64,000 bases of DNA from Octopus vulgaris (taxonomy: Eukaryota), in contig OX597821.1 of assembly GCA_951406725.2 (NCBI GenBank), positions 83,948,001 to 84,012,000 on the forward strand. Reading direction: 5' to 3'. The position numbers and the translations under genes are program-made. The notes under the pieces were generated by a model, which searched no databases, had not been told where the DNA came from, and saw only the letters and a list, made by a program, of their open reading frames with translations. This document shows positions 55,038-64,000 of this stretch, piece by piece. Each line of letters opens with the position of its first letter. Within the stretch, counting starts at the first letter, position 1.

Positions 55038-55459
55038 ATAATACAGTTCTATATTTAAGAGATCAGGAATTATGTACTTTATTTACATACGACGGATATT
55101 TATTCTCATCTTGTTTGTTGTTAACACAACGTTTCGGCTGATATACCCTACAGCCTTCTTCAGGAATCTTGGAGAAATTTCGAACATGGGTTCGAACCAC
55201 TACGCCATATTCCCGTGGGCATATGGCGTAGTGGTTAAGAGCGCGGGCTACTAGCCCCGAGTTCGATTCCAAGCAGTGACCTGAAAATAACAATAATAAT
55301 AATAATAATAATAACATCGAAAAAAATACCTTAGGTATGAGAACCCAGGTTCGAAGTTTCCTCAAGACACCTGAAGAAGGCTGGTGGGTATATCAGCCGA
55401 AACGTTGTGTTAACAACAAACAAGATGAGGACAAATATCCGTCGAATGTAAATAATGTA
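55038..55459 (+). mobile_element. tRNA-headed fold-back element with inverted pLTR-like arms, hammerhead motif and 10-bp TSD, inserted in a SINE B
   Basis: TSD TTACTTTCAG (55028-55037 / 55460-55469); arms 55075-55193 / 55341-55459; A-box TGGCGTAGTGG, B-box GAGTTCGATTCC. Confidence 0.8.
55367..55410 (+). ncRNA. Minimal type I hammerhead-ribozyme motif
   Basis: ACAC-CUGAAGA-A-GGCUG[10 nt]CAGCC-GAAAC-GUU-GUGU; palindromic AACGUU in place of helix III. Confidence 0.7.
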
Positions 55460-55811
55460 TTACTTTCAGGTTCGATTAAAATAAGTATCAGTCATGTATT
55501 TGAGTCGATGTAATCGACTTATTCCCCCCACCAAAATTTCAGGCCTTGTGCCAAAATTTAAAGCAAATAAAACTTGTGATTGCATTGTCAAATTCTCGGA
55601 AACCGATGAACATCACTGCAGCTCGGTCGAGATATCCACGCATATTCAAATCATAGTTATGACCTCTCTTATCGACTACACAGCTTTTCTTTTTATCTTT
55701 TACTTATTTCAGTCATTGGACTGTGGCCATACTGGAGTCGATTTAAGTATGTTTAAATGTTCACAGACAAGCACACGCACACATCTATTTATCTAACTGT
55801 CTGTCTACCTT

Positions 55812-55886
<75 letters not shown>

Positions 55887-55982
55887 GTCTGTCTGTCTGT
55901 CTGACTGTCTGTCTGTCTGTATGTATGTATGTCTATGTGTCTGTCTGTCTATATCTCTCTATCTGTGTGTGTGTGTGTCTCC

Positions 55983-56158
<176 letters not shown>

Positions 56159-56734
56159 ATCTATGTCTGTCTGTGTCTATGTCTGTCTGTCTATAGACAT
56201 ACATACGTATGTATGTGTATTAGATACATATAAGGTTATAGCTGGTGAGTCATTGTGTTATTTCCGTGAGTTTCCCAAGGATAATAATTGTGAGTGATTT
56301 GCGTGGGCAAAACTTGTATTTGTTAGTATAAAAGTAAAATATTTTTCTATAAGTATGACGTAACAAAGGGAGGTTTCCCTCCAAACGTCATATCATCTAC
56401 AATGTTCTATACTTCTATAAATAAACACTCAAACACATACGCGCGCGCACACAGACACACACACGCGCGAGCGCGCGCGCGTGCTCACAGAGCTTTTACT
56501 TCTTCCGGTCATTGGACTGCGGCCGTGCTGGGGCAGTGTCTTGAAGGGTTTTATCGTATGAGAATCGGACCTAAGCACTTACTCTGTCGGGTTCTTTTTG
56601 CCAAACTGCTAGCTTATGAGAACGGAAATAAACCACTCCGGTCGTCAAGCAATAGGTAGATAAACAAACACACACACACACTCACAAACACACAGAGGCA
56701 TACACACGCATACAGTTATACACACATCTCTCTC

Positions 56735-56771
<37 letters not shown>

Positions 56772-56787
56772 ATATATATATATATAT

Positions 56788-56993
56788 AAAGTTAATCCAA
56801 ACAAGAAAGCACAAAAAAAACATAACAACGCGAAGACGTGGAACAAATAAAGTATTATTGGACGCTCAGGAAAGAAGGAAAGAAGGAGGGTTTAACGTTT
56901 CGAGCGGAGCTCTTCGTCGGAAACATAGGAGAAGGAAAGATCCAGAGAAGTGAAGACAGAGGGAAAAAAATTGCCAACGGTACACACGAGGTC

Positions 56994-56995
<2 letters not shown>
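56788..56995 (-). mobile_element. Second copy of the 27112-27318 repeat; hammerhead-like motif at 56890-56924
   Basis: Reverse complement GTTTCCGACGAAGAGCTCCGCTCGAAACGTTAAAC. Confidence 0.7.
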
Positions 56996-57033
<38 letters not shown>

Positions 57034-57318
57034 ATGTGTATGTATATATATAAAGCAGAAACGGCTGTTAGATGGAATAAAGTTTTGTATTAAAAAATAA
57101 TAATCGATGGTAATCAATTGTTGATCAAGCTTTCTCCATTTTTGCTTAATTCAAATTTGATTCCTGATAAGCTCTTGTTTATTTTTGTTATAGCTTTTAT
57201 CCTCTGAGTATATTATGCTTGCATATGTATGCCCAGGGTCGACATAGGTAATATATACCAGTAGTAAAACGGATATGCTTATCCCTTAGACAGTTATTCC
57301 AACCTCTAAGTCTACTAA

Positions 57319-57408
<90 letters not shown>

Positions 57409-57501
57409 CAAAAATTTAGATTCAGATGAATAAGGTACTTAAGTTGAGGCACCAGAATTTAGTACGGTATTATCCATACAATTTCAAAATGAGGAGATTA
57501 A

Positions 57502-57936
57502 AATCAAAATAAGCAACAAGGATATTCAGAGGTAATGCAGTACAATCGTTTCAAGCAACTCTATTTAATCGAACAATGCAGTCATTACATCAGTTGACCA
57601 TTATGACCTCTCTTGTCGACTACCCAGCTTTTTTTAATCTTTTACTTGTTTCAGTCATTGGACAGTGGCCATATTGGAATCGAGCAAATGGATTTACGTA
57701 AGCTGAAGTGAAGACAGCGCGTTCTTTGTCTATCTCCTTACCTTCTTGGAGGTTTTTGGTAAAATTATACTAATGTGTCCATCCATTTTAGTTTAATTCA
57801 ATTCTATGTCTTTATGCAGCTGAGGATTGCTCTACATTTAAATTGATGTAATGATTCCAGTTTGTTCAGTTAAATGGAGTCTCTTGAAACGATCGTACTG
57901 TATTACCTCTGGATATCCTTGTTGCTTATTTTGATT
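57502..57936 (+). mobile_element. Fold-back element (arms 57502-57595 / 57841-57936) with long-helix-II hammerhead-like motif at 57814-57903
   Basis: AUGCAG-CUGAGGA-[~60 nt imperfect stem-loop]-GAAAC-GAUC-GUA-CUGUAU. Confidence 0.6.
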
Positions 57937-58051
57937 ATATATATATATATACAGTAACATCCACCTTAGTGGTTAGCCATATTTGGATGGCGAATATATT
58001 TCACATTGTCGTGTAGTTACTGTCTATGCCTCGTTCAGATATTTATTATTG

Positions 58052-58155
<104 letters not shown>

Positions 58156-58231
58156 TACATGTATGTAATAATAGTTACTAGTGACATATTTAAACCCATT
58201 TTTATTAAACGAAGCATTCATGCATACACAC

Positions 58232-58277
<46 letters not shown>

Positions 58278-58810
58278 TCACTCAAACAAACATACACACA
58301 CACTCAAACACACACACACACACACATATGTATATATAAATACATATAGATTTTCTTGGGGCCGGCCAGATTAGTGCAGTCTGGAGGGTAACTGGCCGAA
58401 ACTGCAAAGACGATCTGCTTCTAGACTGATCATTGAAAGCTCCTAATGGCCCGTCCTTGTTTTTTCCTGTCCTTCTGTGTATCGTCTAATTGTCCGAATA
58501 TTTTGTTGTCGCCTGTTACGTTCTTGTTCCATTTTTTTGCTTTGATTTCTTATATATACATATATATGTATATATATATATTTCGTTTTTGTATTTGGTC
58601 TGCAAGATTCTTTATGTGAATTCGTGTGCTGAAGCATATATTATTGTGTCTGGGGAGAGTCATTCTGTTTTAATGCCTTATTCATTAACACACTCACGGT
58701 TCGATTTCTACTCATTTACCTATTTATTTTTCTAAAATGTCCATTGCTTCTTGCAGCCTCTTCAATTGTTGTTGACTCAGTTCGTTCATATATATATATA
58801 TAAATATATT

Positions 58811-59196
58811 GTGGAAGCACTCCGTCGGTTACGACGACGAGGGTTCCGGTTGATCCGAATCAACGGAACAGCCAGCTCGTGAAATTAACGTGTAAGTGGC
58901 TGAGCACTCCACAGACACGTGCACCCTTAACGTAGTTCTCGGGGATATTCAGCGTGACACAGAGAGTGACAAGGCCGGCCCCTTGAAATACAGGTACAAC
59001 AGAAACAGGAAGTAAGAGTGAGAGAAAGTTGTGGTGAAAGAATACAGCAGGGATCACCACCATCCCCTGCCGGAGCCTCGTGGAGCTTTAGGTGTTTTCG
59101 CTCAATAAACACTCACAACGCCCGGTCTGGGAATCGAAACCGCGATCCTATGACCGCGAGTCCGCTGCCCTAACCACTTGGCCATTCCGCCTCCAC
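58811..59196 (-). mobile_element. SINE family C, full length
   Basis: Near-identical to 15854-16241. Confidence 0.9.
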
Positions 59197-59393
59197 ATAT
59201 ATATATATATTACACACGCACACACATAGTCACAGTAAATATAGATTAACTTTGGGACTCAGAAGTATGTTGCACCCAGTGTGGTGTACTCAGGTTTTAA
59301 GATGTCCCTGCCTAAGACACATCAACAACATCGGCAACGTTAGCTGCTCTTCAAATTAAACATTAACCGCACTAACAATATTTAAATGTTGTT

Positions 59394-59552
59394 TGTCTGT
59401 CTTTAGGTTCTGAGTTCAAATTCCGCCGAGGTCGACTGTGCCTTTCGTCCTTTCAGGGTCGATAAAATAAGTAGCAGTTGCGTACTGGGGGTCGATCTAA
59501 TCGACTAGCCTCCTCCCCCAAAACTTCGGGCCTTGAGCCTAGAGCAGAAAAG
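59394..59552 (+). mobile_element. 5'-truncated SINE B with 17-bp TSD
   Basis: AATATTTAAATGTTGTT at 59377-59393 and 59553-59569. Confidence 0.9.
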
Positions 59553-59794
59553 AATATTTAAATGTTGTTCCAATTTTGAAGCCAGTAAAAACTTGAAATT
59601 CAAGCTGTGGCTGCGTCCCTAACACCAGTTCTTCTTTAGTTAAAAAAACAAGACTAAAAAAAAAAGAGCAAAACACTCGACATTAGAAGCGATCTACAGT
59701 AATTCGCTTGAATATACAAATATACAGGTGTATATATATATAGGGAAGGCATGGTTGTGTGCAGGAAGTTAAACTTGTGAACAAGTAACTAACA

Positions 59795-59900
59795 TTATAT
59801 ATATTGTGTATGTATGTATATGCATATTCATATGTATATTTATATTCATATATATACATGCATATATATATATATATATATATACATGCATATATACACA

Positions 59901-59944
<44 letters not shown>

Positions 59945-59951
59945 TATGCAT

Positions 59952-60008
<57 letters not shown>

Positions 60009-60104
60009 ATATATATATATATATGTATATACATATGCAGGAGGTTAAACTTGTAAATAAGTAACTAATATATATGACATATATATATATATATACATAT
60101 ATAG

Positions 60105-60151
<47 letters not shown>

Positions 60152-60252
60152 TATACATATATATATAGATACATATATGTATATACATGCATATATACAC
60201 ACACATATATCTATATGTATGCATATATATACTTATATATACACATATATGT

Positions 60253-60305
<53 letters not shown>

Positions 60306-60497
60306 TATGTATGTATATTTACTGAAATATGTACATATATATGCATACACACATGTATATACATTTATATACATGTATATATACACTCAATATACACACA
60401 CATATATAGTCATACATACACGTACATATATCTAGGAATACATACGTACAAATACACACACACACACTATATAAAGACATACGTATAGATATATATG

Positions 60498-60529
<32 letters not shown>

Positions 60530-61005
60530 TGTATGTATGTATGTATGTATGTATGTATGTATGTGTGTATGTATGTATGTATGTATGTATGTATGTGTGT
60601 ATGTATGTATGTATGTGTGTATGTATGTATGTATGTATATATGTATGTATGTATGTATGTGTGTATGTATGTATGTATGTATGTATGTGTGTATGTATGT
60701 ATGTATGTGTGTATGTATGTATGTGTGTATGTATGTATGTATGTATGTATGTATGTATGTATGTATGTATGTGTGTATGTATGTATGTATGCATGTATGT
60801 ATGTATGTATGTATGTATGTATGTATGTATGTGTGTATGTATGTGTGTATGTATGTATGAATGTATGTTATGTATGTATGTATGTATGTATGTATGCATG
60901 TATGTATGTATGCATGTATGTATGTATGTATGTATGTTATGTATGTATGTATGTATGTATGTATGTATGTTATGTATGTATGTATGTATGTATGTATGTA
61001 TGTAT
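59795..61005. repeat. (TA)n and (TATG)n microsatellite field
   Basis: Directly visible. Confidence 0.95.
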
Positions 61006-61115
61006 TCTGAAAGAGCAACGAAAACGTGATAAGTAAGTGGTTAAACAAGTAACGATATCTTTGTCAGTGTGTGTGTGTGAACGTATCGAACTTCACAGTT
61101 GTTCACAACAATGAA

Positions 61116-61157
<42 letters not shown>

Positions 61158-61279
61158 TATTATTATCATCATCATCATCATCATCAAGACTTCGGTGGTT
61201 CCTGTCTTTTCCCGTGTGAAAGAAAAATAATTTCTAGTTTTTGTTGTTCAAGGTAACCACTGCTGCAGTGGGCAGTGGC

Positions 61280-61354
<75 letters not shown>

Positions 61355-61654
61355 GGTTGTGGTGGTAATGTTATTGTTGTTGTTTGTGCGTATTGGTGTT
61401 GAGAGCGGCGCACACGGTGTAGTATATTGGTGGTGGTCGCCTTGGCGGTAATAGTAGAATATATATCATAGTTGTAGAAGTTGGGTTGGGGGAGAGGAAG
61501 GCTCGTGACATCACGTGGTGGCGGTGGTGGTGGTGGTGATGGTGGTGGTACCGGTAGTGGTGATGGGGATGGTGGCGATGATGTAGGTGATGCTAGTGGG
61601 GGCGCTCGGTATGGTCGAAATAGTTGTCGTCGGGGGCCTCGTGATATCACGGCC

Positions 61655-62102
61655 GTGGTGGTGGTGGTGGTGGTGACGGTGGTGGTGGTGGTGGTGGTGG
61701 TGGTGGTGGTGGTGGTGGTGGTGGTGGTGGTGGTGGTGGTGGTGGTGGTGGTGGTGGTGGTGGTGGTGGTGGTGGCGGTGGTAGTGGCGGCGGTGGTGGT
61801 GAGGGTGGTGGTGGTGGTGGTGGTGGTTGTGGTGGTGGTGGTGGTGGTGGTGGTGGTGGTGGTGGTGGTGGTGGTGGTGGTGGTGGTGGTGGTGGTGGTG
61901 GTGGTGGTGGTGGTGGTGGTGGTGGTGGTGGTGGTGGTGGTGGTGGTGGTGGTGGTGGTAGTGGCGGCGGTGGCGGTGCTGGTGGTGGTGGTGGTGGTGG
62001 TGGCGGCGGTGGCGGCGGTGGCGGCGGTGGTGGTGGTAGTGGTGGTGGTAGTGGTGGTGGTAGTGGTGATGGTGGTGGTGGTGGTGGTGTTGGTGGTGGT
62101 GT
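61655..62102. repeat. ~450-bp (GGT)n tract
   Basis: Directly visible. Confidence 0.95.
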
Positions 62103-62414
62103 CATTGATGTCCTCTTACCGTCGGTATGTTCAGGTTGCTTTTATTATTGTTCGGTGTTGCTTCAACTGTCGTCGTTTTATATTGCTGACGATACTATTA
62201 TCGTATGACAACAATGACGACGAGGAAGACGATGACAACGACGAGGGCGGCGGCGGCGGCGACGACGCTGACGAAATCAATACAAATAAATATTGTGCAG
62301 CATTGAACAACAACAATAACAACTACCGTCACACCCACTGAAATCACGTGTAACCGCGCCTCCCAAATATGATAGCTTCCTACCAACCTTACCTGCAGCA
62401 TATATATATATATA

Positions 62415-62449
<35 letters not shown>

Positions 62450-62461
62450 ATATATATATAA

Positions 62462-62788
62462 ATTAGGGAAAAACCATTATTATGTAGTTCAAACAATGAT
62501 AGACATAAACCATATATAGAAAAAATAAAATATATTATAAAACATATCAAAAAAGTATTTTTAAAAATTAATAAAGATTATATAACAAGTAAAAAGACTA
62601 CGTACGTTTCGTGGCTTTATAGCCACGAAACGTGCGTAATCTTTTTACTTATTATATAATGTTTATTCATTTTTTAAATACTTTTGTGATCTAGATATAT
62701 GTTTTATAATATATTTTGTTTTTTTCTGTGTGATATGGTTTATGCCTATCATTGTTTGAATTACATAATAATGGTTTTTTCTCTAATT
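62462..62788. mobile_element. AT-rich palindrome centred on GTGGCT-TTAT-AGCCAC
   Basis: Arms of ~160 bp with a 4-nt loop; GAAAC-GTRC-GTA directly follows the central hairpin on each strand. Confidence 0.8.
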
Positions 62789-62869
62789 TATATATATATA
62801 TTATATTTATAGTGAAATTTGATTTAATGCTAAGTTGAATTTTTCCCTGTAAGTTTGGAGTTATATTCC

Positions 62870-62928
<59 letters not shown>

Positions 62929-62944
62929 TTTTCGTAATGAGATA

Positions 62945-63142
62945 AAAAACCAAGGCTGTGTAGATTTTAGAACATTTATATATAGAAGGTCTCACGGCTA
63001 TTTCCAGGATATTTATTATATCCCTTCATCGGAGACGGTGTGAGAAGATGGTTAAGAAATAGTTAATTTAGATAAGATCACTCTCAATTTTATATCTTAT
63101 CTAAATTAACTATTTCTTAACCATCCTCTCACACCGTCTCCG
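62945..63142 (-). mobile_element. Penelope-like pLTR piece with degenerate hammerhead (62989-63036) and terminal fold-back (63030-63078 / 63094-63142)
   Basis: Minus strand GTCT-CCGATGA-AGGGATA..TATCCTG-GAAAT-AGCC-GTG-AGAC; homologous to 32520-32630. Confidence 0.6.
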
Positions 63143-63304
63143 GTGTATATAGGGAGAGAGAGACGCAAGCGTGGCTGTGTAGTAAGCTTGCTTCCCAACC
63201 ACATGGTTCGGGGTTCAGCACCTTTCCGTAGAACCTTGGGAAAGTGTCTTCTACTATAGCCTCGGATTTGGTAGACAAAAAATGAATAAAACCCGTCATA
63301 TATA

Positions 63305-64000
63305 CACCCAGAACAACGCTAATAGCTTTAGAGTGAAATTTATGATTTCTCGGTTTTCTATAAATCGATTATGATAAAACTTTTCCCAGCTGGTTTGCAC
63401 ACTATGGCATCACCATTATCATGTTTTCCTTATTCTGTGTAACGTTCTTTCTTTTTTATTTCAGATTCTTCAGTTTTTGGGTGAACCAATCTCATAACAT
63501 TTGAATGAAAATAGCTCATTTAGACTTCTTTTTTCAGAAAATGAAGTACACTGATACATATTAAGCATACATTGAGTATATATTTAACAGAAAATCATAA
63601 TCATATTATAAAATTTATTGACATGATGAATTATTTAGCCACATGAGGGCCATTTCGACGGATAACTTCAAAAACCCTATTAGTCATACAATCTGTCAAT
63701 TCCTTAATAGTAGAAGGTTGAACTGCCTCTACAGCAGCTTTGATGGTCGCCCATAAGATAGCTTTCGATGTAAATTGGCGTCCATAGGCATAAACATCTT
63801 GTTTAATGATGGACCAAAGATTTTCAATAGAGTTGAGATCAGGAGATGCTAGCGACCACACTATCAATATTTCACTAATGTATGCCGTAAGACCCTAGGA
63901 ATGTTTGGGTGGACCCAGTAGAGTGGGAGGGAGCGTTATCATGCATGAATACGAAATTCCTTAGAAGTGACAGCGGTATGTCATCTAGCCAGGGATGCAA
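63305..64000 (-). mobile_element. Tc1-like DD37E transposase 3' part (pseudogenised, runs off the window)
   Basis: FMHDNAPSH...SPDLNSIENLW; 112 nt (37 codons + 1) between the D and E codons. Confidence 0.85.

Noticed and set aside
55217-55280. Functional tRNA gene
   Set aside because: Acceptor stem does not close, the variable and T-arm region is shortened, no oligo-T terminator follows, and it sits inside a TSD-bounded insertion.
61481-62341. Poly-Pro (formin/extensin-like) or poly-Val ORF
   Set aside because: Pure (GGT)n with a single codon and no flanking domain.

Overview
Eukaryotic, AT-rich, repeat-saturated DNA with no intact protein-coding gene that I can recognise. The tRNA-headed SINE families and the density of (TA)n, (TATC)n, (TATG)n and triplet microsatellites fit an octopod cephalopod (inference). 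Almost all ORFs in the track are microsatellite artefacts. Supported content: three or more SINE families, decayed CR1-clade and RTE-type LINE pieces, Tc1/mariner fossils (DD41D, DD37E, mariner), hAT and Tigger-like ends, a probable decayed DIRS-type gag, and two isolated exon-like segments on the minus strand. Three things stand out. (1) A dispersed set of short non-coding fold-back elements carries minimal hammerhead-ribozyme motifs of the Penelope-like type, from several unrelated sequence families; one has a tRNA-like Pol III head and a 10-bp TSD (55038-55459) and one palindrome is centred on hammerhead helix II (62462-62788). (2) A ~2 kb modular inverted satellite is packed with TTCCnGGAA and GGAAAGTTCC motifs (42290-44370). 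(3) A SINE array has one head and four bodies joined at the same hairpin loop (21722-22596). All calls were made by eye; boundaries of decayed repeats are approximate and no database search or folding program was run.
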